Assembly: GCA_973895155.1 (NCBI GenBank)
Contig: OZ316891.1
Location: 4,993,708 to 5,057,707 of the forward strand
Origin: Marsupella aquatica
Lineage: Eukaryota > Plantae > Marchantiophyta
DNA: 64,000 nucleotides
Reading direction: 5' to 3'
Part shown: positions 25,598 to 37,859 of the stretch, piece after piece
Layout: every line of letters starts with the position of its first letter
How positions within the stretch are numbered: the stretch's first letter is position 1
Notes under the pieces: model-generated
Database searches by the model: none
The model's input: the letters and a program-made list of their open reading frames with translations, nothing else
Told to the model about the DNA's origin: nothing
Made by a program: the position numbers and the translations under genes

Positions 25598-26833
25598 CCA
25601 AAGAATGACCAAACAAGCTTGTCTTTGTGACGATTGTCGAAATATCCCTGAGCAGTCATACATGTCCAGATGAAGGAGCAAGGTCTATCATTTCTGATGA
25701 TCCATTTCGCCCTTCCAGAGCACCTTGGAGGTCACGCCCGCATCGGACTGAATTTTCCCACAAATGGTTCGTTCTTTCTCGATCCTTTTTCCTCGACAAA
25801 AGGGCGACGATCCTCAAATGCCCTTCATTCAAAGCACTTCGGTGTGTGGTTGGCGGGAAGTCATTCGTACTTGTTCTGTCGTTGGAGTTTCCGACGAAGC
25901 TGAGAGTTGCCGATTAGACTAGCCTATCTCTTGCGACTGTTTGCTGATAGGAGTCTTAATGAAAGGTCTAGATTTTGCGTACGGGTTTTCCTGTTAGTAA
26001 TGGTCCGGAAGGATGAGCACGGCTGTCACGTCTTCAATCCACAATGCCGGGCTTTGTAAAAAGGAACAAATTCACCATTCAATCCACAATACAGAGCTTT
26101 GCAAGGAAGACCAAGTTCGTAATTCATTCAAGTCACTATGAACGGCTTTGTGAACACTTTTCGTGTAATTGTGAATTAGTACTGCAAGGTGTGTTACACT
26201 CATGGACATGCCTTGTAGGGCGCAGGTGTTCTGGCCAGAGCTTCCTGGCATTTGTAGATGATGGTACGGGTGATCCAAAATGGAAAGTTAAAACATGACT
26301 GTAATAGAATATACAGATGCGTCAATCAGTCTGTGATGAAGCACTGCTTGATGCGCAACAGTGTGTGATGCATGAAGATGACACTGCGTCTGTACATAGT
26401 GTGCTACAAATCTATTCGCGCAAAGAGTCCTCTAACTAAGAGACTGCCCTGTTTCTTCTGTGCGCTGAGCGAAGCTAAGAGTCATAAGACCAACATTACT
26501 GGTTGACTTGCCCGAGTCTGACTTTGTGTACGTCTGGGATGAGAAACGTGAGGGAGTTCAAGCACGGAATTCTCTCCTCTCTAGAATTAAATGGGACACG
26601 AGTTTTGAAGACCTGTATAGAAGAAAGAAAGCTGCTGAGGAAGGGAAATGACTGTTTTAACTTAAGCTTAGAGCTATAATGAAACGAAGAATCTTGAGAA
26701 CATTCATTGCTGTGATCCACGAATTTCGAGTCTGGGATGACTTTGTAGCTTTTCTGGCGTCCTTTACCTGCTGCTCTCTGCTATTTGTCTCTGATGGACA
26801 GCACTGACATGAAACCGTCATCAATTCGCTCTC

Positions 26834-28957
26834 CTACATTTCAGGCAAGACGCAAAAACTCCAAGTCCGATCTAGAGAGCACTCGATCCGGCCCGGTTCG
26901 CTGACCACTTGGCAAATGGACTGCAATCTACACCTTCAGACAATAAGAATCTTGAGGCGGAACAGTAACAATCTAGGGACGATAGGAAACACAAAAGCTT
27001 GACAAGCAACCAGACTTGAGAAAGTTGATGTAGGACAAGCCTGGTACTAGGGATTTACCTTTGAGAGTTAGGAGGATATTCATGCATGACGACCTTGGAA
27101 TAAGATGTGAACCCCTGGTAGATTTCGCTGTTTTCCATCTGTTCGGGCTGCTCGGTATTATGGGTGTCTCTTAGTATCAAGGGTTGTTGTGGGGCAGTGG
27201 GTTGTACCGAGCTGTCCACGTGGAGGAACTTGGTGTACTGCTCCATTTCCCGGGCCTTCTTCTTCACCGATGTATTCCATCGATTCTTGATACCATTATC
27301 GGACCTTACAAACCCAAAAACAAAGTGTTAGCAGGTTTGTCAATGTACCAAATTTACGCACGAATTGAACGGGACATTGATGAACAGGAATTGACTGCAG
27401 GGCCTACCTCCCTGGGAGAAGCTTGGAGATCTCGGCCCACTTGTTGCCGTATCTCGAATGGGCCAAGAAGAGCAGCATGTCTTCTGCGTCAGTCCAAGGT
27501 TCGCGGCTGATCTTCGGATCGAGATGGTTGCACCACCTGCATTATTCACGCAACATGGTCATGAGCTTCATGCGTGACCTCATAGTTTTCCTGAGGCCTT
27601 AACACGTCGAAAACACAACGAGCTTGATGTCAAGTGCCCGGAAGTTGAGGAAAGCAGCTCGACTTCGAAACAAAAGGTTCCTCAACGCCATCGTATTTCA
27701 GTGAGACGTGTAGGAATTGCGGCAATGGGTGACTTTTGTTCAGTACCTTTCCCGACACTGCTTTCCGTTTCGCCCAGGAAGACACCTGGCAATTGCAGCC
27801 CACCTTTTCGTTCCGAACATGCTGACCAACTCGACCATGCGATCATCCTCCTGCAAAACCAAGTGAGTCTCATCAGAGCCACGCCCATTTATGTTGAACC
27901 AAGCAAATGTTTAAGCTGGACATTTGTGGAGCTAGGTACCTCCTTGGTCCAGTAGCCCTTCACGAGAATGGGGTTCAGGACTTTCTGCCATCGGTGGAGG
28001 CACTGGACATCCGTGCGGTTGGGAACAGACTCAGCTGCGCGCACAGATCATCAACCAACTATTCTCAGCATGGTGGCATTTGTCAAATGACCGAACGACA
28101 TCTGGGTGTACCGGAAAAATTAAGGTAGTCAGGAGCTTTAAAAACATTTGGAGTTAGCATTTGCATTCATGCTGATTCTGTGTCTTACCGATTTGCTTCC
28201 AATTCCTCGCATTGTGAGTATGAACGGCGTCACGCAGCGCGTCATCCTGCCAGTTCAACAAGTCTAGTTAGATCTGCAGCTAAGTCAAGTCACGAATCAA
28301 ACTTTCAACCTGAAAGCAAGTAAGCAACCATCCATCAACTTCTAGTTGCACGTACAACCGTCAGCCAAATTTCTCAAGACAAGTGTTCTCCCGAGCACGC
28401 TCGTTGACGTTCGCAGTGTCCAAGCTTAAGACACTTTCACGTTTGCTTTCAGGATTTCCTTCGCAATGCACGCGGCGCAAGGATTGCAGGAGGTCGCACT
28501 TTTGCAATCATTCTGGTAAAGCTAAAGTTAGGTAGCGGCACGGAACTAACGAAATCTAGTTACCTCTTCTTGGGTCCAGCTCGCAGGCTTGCTAGTCGCC
28601 GGCTTTACGGTGCTCGCCTTGTCGTACACCGGATGCATTAATCGTTGCTTCTTCCTGTCAAGAACAATGCGACAGAGTGAGATATTCAATTAGTCAAGCC
28701 GCATGCATATCCAGTCCTAATATTATGTTGAAGTATATCGTCCGATCCAAGCATTCTTCGGGAGCCAGGAACGGCTGATAACATATCGTGGATGTCTACA
28801 GGTCTCACCCGGGAGGCGTTTTGTCGATGGAATCGGCCTTGGGCACGTACTCAGCGTGATCTCCAGGAAACCCATTAGTGATATCGCCAAGGGCAGGTCT
28901 CTTCATTTCCTCTACATGCTTCTTCGAGAGAACATCGCGGGTTGTCATCGAGCCCAT
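26834..28957 (-). CDS. Three-repeat (R1R2R3) MYB transcription factor with a short C-terminus
   Basis: Minus-strand exons give [144 protein letters not shown]. The start ATG is at 28957. The last exon and stop (~26834) are uncertain. Confidence 0.88.
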
Positions 28958-31485
28958 TGCAAGTCCAGAATCTGAGCTGCAAGACGGTCACGAGTTTCAT
29001 CACCAACGTTGAATTATCTATCAGGAACAGAACACACGCAAAGCCGAGATTCAAGCCAGAGTGGCATTCTTAGCCGTCCGGTTAGGGAGCTCTCATCTTC
29101 CTTGGTCTTCGGATCCTCAAGAGCTAGAAAGTAATGCATCGACCAGCTCGAACCAGGAGTAAGGACGCATTTATATTGGAGCCAAAGAAGGACACAGAAT
29201 AAGATCAAATCGAACAAAAGCTGCAACAGTTGCCAGACTGCGGAAGAAGAGAAACCAGTCTGAAAGAGGAAGGATGCCCGGAAGGATGATGGTTTATCGC
29301 TTTGATTGTAGAGAGCCTTCATTCGTAGACCGATAAGAGGAAGCATCATTCTGACTATCGTTTCTCTCGGCAGACAACAACAGTTAAGAATCGGACTGCC
29401 ACGAACAGCGCTGTCCTAGTATTCACTAACTGCTAGCAGAATTCGGCTCCGAGGCTATTCAGTATGACGCGAGTCGCAGGCAAGTTCTACGCACAGAATT
29501 GAGGTAAGCACAGAAGTTGGCATTCAAATGTTCAATGGCCAGGTCTACCGTACCTGATCACAGATCTGTGGCGTGAGCGAAAGTTGAGCATAACGAATCG
29601 GCAACGCAGCCGATCTCCGACCCTCTTACCTGCTCGATCGGATCGATTCCCAGAGTCAATAAGCGGCAGTTCTCCACAATAGTTCAATTGCCCAACACGG
29701 AATGCCAGAATGCAATGCACCCAGATGATAGAAAGCTCGAGAATCACCGGTTGCAGCTCAATCTCTCGATGAGGCGTTGCTGCACGGTCCGGGAGCACGT
29801 TGCTAGATGGCGACTCCGGACGAGTCCTCGGCAAACGGAAAATACTAGAGGTAACCAGACTGAGTTCCCCCTTATACTGATCTCTGGTTCTCAGACCCCA
29901 ATTATGATCCGTTGAATTTGCAGCGGCTACAGGCGCTGCACATCCATGGACAACTCTGCCCCGCGCATGTGTTCTCTCTCGGCCATGGGTCCAAACGAGA
30001 GTCCTCCACACCACACTCAGTTCCCTCTTATCTGATCTTCACGGCTCAGAGTCGGATGTGTGAAATAATGATTTGAACTGGCAGCGTGCACATGTATGGG
30101 CATGCTTCGCTCTATTGCTCTATCTGCCAATTCTGTGCCACGATTCAGTTGATCGGTGTAATTCGTTCCATTACAAATGTTTGAATTGGCAGCGTGACCA
30201 TGCAGGGATTTGAGGTTGCCCCATGTGGGTGTGGTTTGCCATCCATGATCAGTCTATGAATTAAGGGCCGCCAGGAATTTCAAACCTCGGAGCGTCGGAC
30301 TGGACCATTCATTCAAACATAGAAGCGTTGGTCGGACTGGAGATCGATATGTTTCAAAAACTATCCACTGAGGAAGCTAGCCAGGCTGTCAACGTCTTCA
30401 TCAAAGCCAGCCGGGCAGGCAGCAGCGGCTAGCTGCCGGATTCAACAAGTGAACGACTATGATCGAGAGTCAGCACCATTTGCTTCTGAGATATGAGATT
30501 CCTACCCCTCGAACGATCGGCCATTCGAGTAATTCAAACCGCTGACTCAAAATTTCAAAGACCGATTCAGATAGAAATTCAAAAGGCATTGTGGACATCG
30601 ATCGGTCCATCATTCAGCCTGCCTCGAAATTTCCGTTGAATTCCCAGTATGTGACATTTACTTGCACCTGATTGATTCAAACGGCTCACCGCTGAACAGG
30701 CCGGGACTGAATGGGGACTCTCATGGTCGAGATTTCGCTTGAGCTCAGACGTTAGAATTGGGGAGTGGACGATTAGATTCTCGGAATCTTTGGCTCTTCG
30801 CCGTCAGATCCAAAGATCGACGGCTCACGATGACAATACTGAAGGCGCTCAGATATTGCAAGCGCTGTCTGGTCTCACAGTCGTCACCACGGTCCAATTC
30901 TGTTGTAGGCCAATTCGTCGATTCGGAAGGATTTCTCGATCCACTGCTGCATTCATTCAAAGAGGGGGGTCTCCACAAGGTCTTCTGCTCACGTTCCTTC
31001 GTCGACAGCCATGGAAAACCTGATTGAAGGTCTTCCAGTAAAAGCTCGATCGGTTTCGTGGGCTCGATTGTAGTTAATTATGAGCTATCCTCTCGTTAAC
31101 TATGGGCGTGCGGGACAGGAGGCGAGACAGGACGAGGAGGGAAGAAACGTCGAGGACAGCGTGGAGGGTTCGGAGAGGAGGAAGGATCGGAGGGAAGTAT
31201 TGAAGCCCGAGAAGAGTAGAGGGGAGGGAGACAGCCCACGGCCTCCATGAAAGCGGTAGTAGTTTATACGTCCAGAACCTTTCGAGAAGAAAGGTTCGAA
31301 GAGAAGTTCCGGAGATGCAATCGATTTTTTTGATTGCAATCGAGCTGAAGGAAATTGAGACCTCCATTTAGAAATAGATAACTTACCATTCCGTAAAGGC
31401 AATCGTTTCGTTTGTCTTGAATTGCGACCACCGAGGTGGAGGAAAGTTAGATTCCTCCACCTTGAGCAAATAGACTGTTGACGTA

Positions 31486-32778
31486 ATGAAAGGAAATTCG
31501 TGGAAAATCGGTTTCAAATTGGGGCGCTTCACGTGGACACTCACATTCACGTCGATCTTATTCTATGTCCTGATAGGAGTGCCGATTCTGGCCGAGCTAT
31601 TCGTGAGTGTTCTGGGCCAGAAGCATCCCTTCAGGCTTCCAGATGGGGATCTTATCCACTGCATCCCAATCCAAAGCCTCGTCCAAAGGCTGCCTGCACC
31701 AACAACAACCTGGCGAACGAGTTCGTCGATGGAACCGTTTGACAGACTACGCTTTCGAGAAGTCACTACAATTCCCTCGATTAAGGAGGCTGCGCAGCTC
31801 ATTGCATTGGAGAAACAAGTCTGTCGAATTGGAACAGTCCCAATGCGCTCAAGTCTGAGCGTGTTCTACCTGACCGAGGTCCTGGGGAGAAAAGCCTACC
31901 CCAGGATGGATCCCGTCATGCATTTGCTGATTGTCAACCGTGAAGTAAGGAAATCCACACCATCGGATTTGGCGTTATGGTCCAATGATGACGGCACTCA
32001 CAAGTATGCGATCGCAGATATTGTGGGGTCTTATAGGGGAACACGAGGGCGCTTGAGCATCTGGCAGCCGCATGTAGAAGACAAGGAGTTCAGCTTGGCA
32101 CAGGTTTGGGTGTCCTCAATGGACGTCGATGGGAAGTTTCACTCCTTAGAGGCTGGGTGGCAGATCTACAGAGGACTCTACAGCGATTCCAAGCCCCGTT
32201 TATTCGTGTACTGGACAGCTGATCTTTACTTTACAACAGGTTGCTATAACCTGCAATGCCCCGGATTCATTCAAGTGAGCAACAAATGGTTGCTCGGGGG
32301 ATCGTTCGCGGAAGTCTCGACCTTAGACTCAGATGATGTATACGAGATCGAGATCCACATCTTCAAGGACCGTGAAACCGGTGATTGGTGGCTGCAGCTG
32401 AATGATGATAATGTGGGCTACTGGCCAAAGAGTTTGTTCGGTGCAGGTGCTTTCGGCGACCTGAACACCAAAATCCGTTGGGGAGGGGAGATTTGGCACC
32501 GCCTTGGTCACTTTACTGATACTCAGATGGGAAATGGAAATCATCCTTCGTCTTCAGAGACCCAAAGAGTCGCGTACGTGAGGAATTTGCAAGTGGAGAA
32601 CTGCTCGGACACTCTCATTGACCCACCTCGTGCTTTGACCTCGTTTTCCAATTACCATGAATGCTGCGACGTAAAAGTTCATGAAAGTAGAAACAACGAG
32701 TCTCATCGATCTGAATGGGGCACATTCGCTTACTTCGGCGGCTCCGGATTCAACGCACACTGCGTTGGAGTAAATTGA
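31486..32778 (+). CDS. Neprosin-family (DUF239) glutamic peptidase, secreted or membrane-anchored, intronless
   Basis: 430-aa ORF with an N-terminal hydrophobic segment, a pro-region remnant (PDGDLIHCIPI, CRIGTVPMR), and EFSLAQVWV, SLEAGWQ, RLFVYWTAD, GCYNLQCPGFIQV, GDWWL, VGYWPKSLF, WGGEI and TQMGNG. Confidence 0.93.
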   Translation: MKGNSWKIGFKLGRFTWTLTFTSILFYVLIGVPILAELFVSVLGQKHPFRLPDGDLIHCIPIQSLVQRLPAPTTTWRTSSSMEPFDRLRFREVTTIPSIKEAAQLIALEKQVCRIGTVPMRSSLSVFYLTEVLGRKAYPRMDPVMHLLIVNREVRKSTPSDLALWSNDDGTHKYAIADIVGSYRGTRGRLSIWQPHVEDKEFSLAQVWVSSMDVDGKFHSLEAGWQIYRGLYSDSKPRLFVYWTADLYFTTGCYNLQCPGFIQVSNKWLLGGSFAEVSTLDSDDVYEIEIHIFKDRETGDWWLQLNDDNVGYWPKSLFGAGAFGDLNTKIRWGGEIWHRLGHFTDTQMGNGNHPSSSETQRVAYVRNLQVENCSDTLIDPPRALTSFSNYHECCDVKVHESRNNESHRSEWGTFAYFGGSGFNAHCVGVN

Positions 32779-33516
32779 ATTTTTTGTAGTAAGTATGATG
32801 GCTCTGCAGATTCAAGTACTTGGCAAATTCAAGTACCTATAGAGATAGATTTATCTAAGAACTAGCCTGATCAATTTGCATCGAGTGGACTGGTGGGGAA
32901 CAGTCAATCTTTAGCAAAATTCAGCCGAGTAGGTTTCACGAATCAGCTGGCAGGTACAAAGCCAATGGACTCGTGTATTTTTGAGTTATATATCTAGATC
33001 CATGCCTGTCTGAAGGAGAATAGCATTGCATTTTTGAAATCTGGTCCTTAGGCATGGCATTAGTACCTTTAGATGTCACTGTAATACACCAATCATGACT
33101 AGAGATGCTCTACGGAAGAATGTGATGACAGGTGCCGAGTCCTAAAGGGATCGTACCTAGTGGTTTAGGGTTGCGATATTAGCCAGGGTAGCGATATTAA
33201 TTGCAAAGGTAAGAGCTTCTAAGAGTATTTTAAGGTAATAGTTTTCTTCTCTTCCTAGAGTACCTACCTAAATTGGTAGTGGATGATCTGTCCAAATGAA
33301 AGCTCCCACAATTTAAATTTCCTCCCATGTCAGTTAGCCGATTTTTTAAACCATAGGAAGACTTATATTATTCTTTAGAAAGTACGATCAGGTCCCAACT
33401 TTACATCGTCATTATCCATTTCTTCTGTCTGATTCAGGGACTTCAACCGTTTCTCGTCGAAAAAGACCCAGATTGTACCGAATAACAGAATTTTTGTTGA
33501 CTATATCATTAAGAAG

Positions 33517-36500
33517 TCATACAATAAATGATTCATCCATGTATTCTAGAAGAACTTCCAGGCGAGATATAACTTCTGGATTCATTAGTTTCTGTGCTTC
33601 CTTCATCATAGTACTTTGCTTATTTGCGTGATAAGCATCTAAGATCTTCTTCATCCAATGCTTCAACTTTTCCGGGGTCCTGCATCACATCAGATTCCAG
33701 TCAGACTTGTGTACTCATCCACGAACATCAATTCTGGACTTGGGTAGAAGGGAGATCATCATGACTGGGAACAGCGGGCTACAATTTGTTGGCTGTCTTT
33801 TTCTTCTCTGTTCATGCTCCATGCCAATACAAATCTTATGGATTGCAATCTGTCATTCAAGGCTAAAACGAATAAGTTAAAAATTCAGCGTAACACAACA
33901 TTGCACGCCATGAGAGCTGTTCACATCTTACGTGTGGAACTTGTTTTCCTTCTTTTCTTCGAGTTCGTCCCCTGGAGCAAACGCATCTGTCATAGCTGCA
34001 AATCGTTGACGAGGGTCTGGGATTGAGAGCAGGTACTTTATGATATGAATTTCATCTGGAACAAGCTTTAGCATGCTTCCCTTAGCCGCCTTATATATGT
34101 ATTCCATGATATCCTTCGCCTGCAACCCAATCAGGAAAGGTAACTTCTGAGTAAATTGCACGATCGCTTGCGGGCAATTTAAGTTCACTTCTAACGTCAA
34201 ATTGTAAATTCTTAGCCTCTCAGTTCCCGGGCCCGTACTTCGCAGAAACGTTAGTGTGGAAAGTGCGAAAGTAAAATACAGCAAGAATATCAGAAAAGCT
34301 TGATCCCAATCCTGAAAGTGAGTCTACCTCTTGTTTCATTGTTGTAGAATCCTTAGCTGCTGCCCACGCCTTTGTAATTAGAAGCAACAACGTTGAATCA
34401 AGTTCCTTGCTCCGTGCTAGTTGATAAATTTTATCAGCTGCAGCTTCTAGGGAAGGAGCAAGAAGAATGTTCTCAAACTTAAGCTGAGCTTCAGTCATAT
34501 CTTCAGTATCTTCTAACGCAGCATCATATGCTTCAATTAGTGATAAGCACTTCCCTGCTATGGAGGCAATCTCTGCAAAAAAGAGGAAAATTCATTAGAT
34601 AAAGCCCTAAACCCCTCAACCCTTTCATGCATGTCTTCACTAACACGCGAACTTATATAAATAGCCCACAACAGGCAAAATCCCAGTGCTCAGAGGGAAA
34701 ATAACATACACCCAAAACACATCTACTCTCTGTCTGACACTATCACAGTTGAAATCTTAGACAAAATTGTATGAGTGAGCCAGATCTGTATCATTTTATG
34801 GTACGGGCTCCTGGGGTGACTTTCCGTCACCCCCGGCTAGAAGAAACAGCTGATTTGACAGTCCAGACTTGGCTTTTGTCTAAACCTGAATTAACTGACA
34901 AAATCTAAAATTTGGAGAAGATGTACTTCTAATCTCTTTTGCAGTTTGTGGCAAAAATAGCACAGATCTTGTAGTCAAACAGACAGTATCGTCAAAAGCC
35001 ATACCATCTCGTCGCTTCGATTTGAAAGTAGCATCGCAAAGAGTCTGCAAGTGCTCAAAAAATCCGCCAGTGAATTCTTTCCGCCGCTTGGCAACTACAA
35101 TATCGATTTCGAACGGATTTTTCTCTATTTCGGCTAATAAGGCATCGTTTAGGATCATCTGATCGTCAACCTGCAAATTTAACATAATGTCACATACAAA
35201 TTAATCTCTCGTACTCCGAAGGTACAGCAGGGGAGCCACGGGAGCTCTAAACGCAAGTCAAATCATGTGCCACCAAAAGCAGCGAGGCTTTGAGGATCCA
35301 AATATTTCGAAGAAGCTACAAAACACCGAGAGTCTGCGGTAGTGAGGACTACAGAACTCCGCCATTGGTATATGCTATCAGCAGGTAAGCCTATGGACCA
35401 ACGACAGTTAAAAAATTTCTCACGGTTCAAGGTAGACTAGTAAGTCGCGGAAATTAAAGTTGACATTATAATGGGCACAATCTCCATAGTCCGCAGATCG
35501 AAATCTCCAGATTTCGATGTGCGGACTGCGAACTCGTAAGGGCTCTCGAGGTTGTAGGAACGTGGCACATTATAGAAAGTAGTGAGTGAAACGTTCTTAT
35601 TTCCTCTCAATGTTAACATTCATAGCGGCGACAATCTCAACGGTCAAAGGTTTAAGATGCGGACCCATACTGACGTTTGATGGATTGAAGTCAGCGAGAT
35701 GGAACTCTAGTACGAAGAAAGTATGTTCACTGAAATTGTCGATAACAAACCCAACAGTTCATGGCTCAACGTCCCAAAAAGAAGGGAAATGGGGAATGCA
35801 ATTCATGACCAAAAAATTCATTTTTCCATCACGCTTCACAACCTCAAAGCAGGGGGTCGTCATTCAAGCGTCAATATTTCTTTAAGGGAGATTGGCAAAC
35901 ATTGACGAAGATTGGAATCCCAGGGGTTTAGGGTTTACTAACGGCCTGGCGATTGCAGCCCATCCACGTACCTCCTTCACTGCTACGGCAAGCTTATTCA
36001 ATTCACGTTTCCTTTGAGGGACCGTCTCAGCTTTCGCTGTGGCTTTGCAGCGCTTGTAGAAGTGGGGCCGAATTCGTACCCACTCCGAGCTCAAAGCCAG
36101 CAAACCTCTCCACTCCGCAGGATTGGTCTTCTCGTTCAAAAACACTTCTATCAACCTGTCACAAATTCGACTCATCGTGAAGCCCTGCTCCAACAGCTCC
36201 TCCGCCGCATCTTCACTGGAGCTCTCTCCTCCTCCTCCACCACCCTGTTGCCCACTCTTCTCCTCCACATCTGCCGCTACTGCACTTTCGCTTTGTTCTG
36301 GCACGCCAACCTCAGGATTGGAAACCTCAGAGCTGCTCGGAGCTTCTGCCACTGAATTTGGCGTCCGGGCAAACCCAACCTGGATTCCGTTGCGCCTTCT
36401 CCATTCATCCCGTCGACCTAGGACTCCTCCAATTCTACGCCTCTCCTTCTCCTCTCCTCCGGTCTTACCCCACACCATTCCACCGCAATTTCTGTCCCCA

Positions 36501-36652
36501 CATTCCGCCCTGGTCGTGGAAGCACCGAATTTCGCCTGCCATGGAACAGCTCTAATTGCAAATCTATCAGTTCCCGCGGCGCTGAACGCATTCCTGCCAC
36601 CGCTGGCGACCACAGGGCACCACGAGACGAGCTCCATCATCCGAAGCTCCAT
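33517..36652 (-). CDS. Chloroplast protein of the At4g37920/At1g36320 family, 5 exons
   Basis: Exons approx. 36652-35972, 35172-35004, 34573-34328, 34119-33932 and 33680-33517. Motifs GFTMSRICDRLIEVF, EWVRIRPHFYKRC, IVVAKRRKEFTGGFF, ELDSTLLLLITKAWAAAKDSTTMKQE, IIKYLLSIPDP, AFAPG and TPEKLKHW. A plastid transit-like N-terminus is present. Confidence 0.9.
34631..34840 (+). mobile_element. Intronic repeat (shared with 17951-18095) ending in a GC hairpin + CTAG, Helitron-like non-autonomous element
   Basis: ggggtgac-tttcc-gtcacccc hairpin at ~34813-34833 followed by cggctag. The base after CTAG is A rather than the canonical T. Confidence 0.35.
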
Positions 36653-37039
36653 GGATTTGCTTCCACCAACACCCTTTTGGGCAGGAAGGGCTCCAGGTAC
36701 AAGAGTAAAGATTACTGAGCAGAAGAACGACTTATTGCCTCACACACGATGATCGCTCGGCATACATCAGGAGACAGTGAAGTACACTTGACTCTCTATA
36801 AGTGCACACTCCCGCGAAGAGACGGATAAGTTGTGCACTAAATTGCATTCCTTGATAAGTGCAAACCTGCTCACTTATCAATAAGTGGCCCCTCGGTCAG
36901 GGAGCAGCCGGATAAATGGGGTACTGAATACAAGTGTTACAGGTAGTTTGGTCTTCAATTCAGGAGTGGGATAAATTGAATACAAGTTACGGGTACCTTA
37001 AGGTAGTGGTCATCAATTCAGGCTCTGGTTACACTACCT

Positions 37040-37170
37040 TAAGGTACCTGTATATCCTTGAGAAATCAGCACACTTCTCAAGGATTGTATGGCATATAAG
37101 AAGACCACTACCTCAAGGTACCTGTATATCCTTGAGAAATCAGTACATTTCTCAAGGATTTATGGCATAT
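37040..37170. repeat. Tandem duplication of ~56 bp (aaggtacctgtatatccttgagaaatcag...ttctcaaggatt..tatggcatat) with an internal palindrome
   Basis: Two copies visible at ~37040 and ~37115. Confidence 0.75.
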
Positions 37171-37276
37171 GTATTGTACTACACCCTCCATACCATGATA
37201 AGTCTTGTTATTTTCTGTACATCAATGAATGTGCACCGTATATTAACACATTTTGATGTGTGATTACCGGCAAGGG
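37166..37276 (+). mobile_element. MITE-like dispersed repeat, copy 3
   Basis: Same core, ending ...cacattttgatgtgtgattaccggcaaggg. Confidence 0.7.
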
Positions 37277-37859
37277 ATTTTATTTCATTAGAAACAAACC
37301 ATATGGATATATTGTCTGCTAGGCTATTATGTTTGCCAGGAGATCAAGAGCTGGATGTTCAGGATGTTGTCAGTACAAATGGCAAAGTTTTGTCAATGGT
37401 TGACAACCTTAACATGATGTTTAAGGTCGGTCACTCATACCTTTATGGATATAGAGTCTCCCACATATGGTCTCCCCTCATACGCGGGTCAACTGTATAT
37501 GGTCGACTATATATCCCATAAAGGGATACCTCTCGTCCTTAACCGTATACATATTAACTATTTCTGAAGGCCCTTGCTATCTTTATAGTATTTGCTTGAA
37601 TTCGTGTTCGCTGGCTTTTCCGTGGTACCGGATTAATTAATATAAAGATGACCTGAGCTGGGGTTCTAGTCTGAACCCTGCTCTCGCTTGCTCTCAGAAA
37701 GCTCACTTGCTGGTCACAGGGTACAGCCTATATAGCTAGTTACCCCCCCCCCCCTGTGCAAACCGTCATTGGCCATCATTATCCTCTACATGACTCATTA
37801 CACAAATTGTACATCCTCAGCTGGGGTGTGCATGGACGGGGGATTGCGTAAGGGTAGCA

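Noticed and set aside
29532-30014. 160-aa minus-strand ORF upstream of the MYB
   Set aside because: It has a non-ATG start, no recognisable domain, and lies in probable leader/intron sequence.
34631-34790. Intronic C/D-box snoRNA
   Set aside because: There is only a weak C box, and the CTGA is not conserved in the second copy at 17951-18095. The element behaves like a dispersed repeat.
36014-36752. Long + strand ORFs (209 aa, 113 aa)
   Set aside because: These are antisense shadows of the GC-rich first exon of the At4g37920-like gene.
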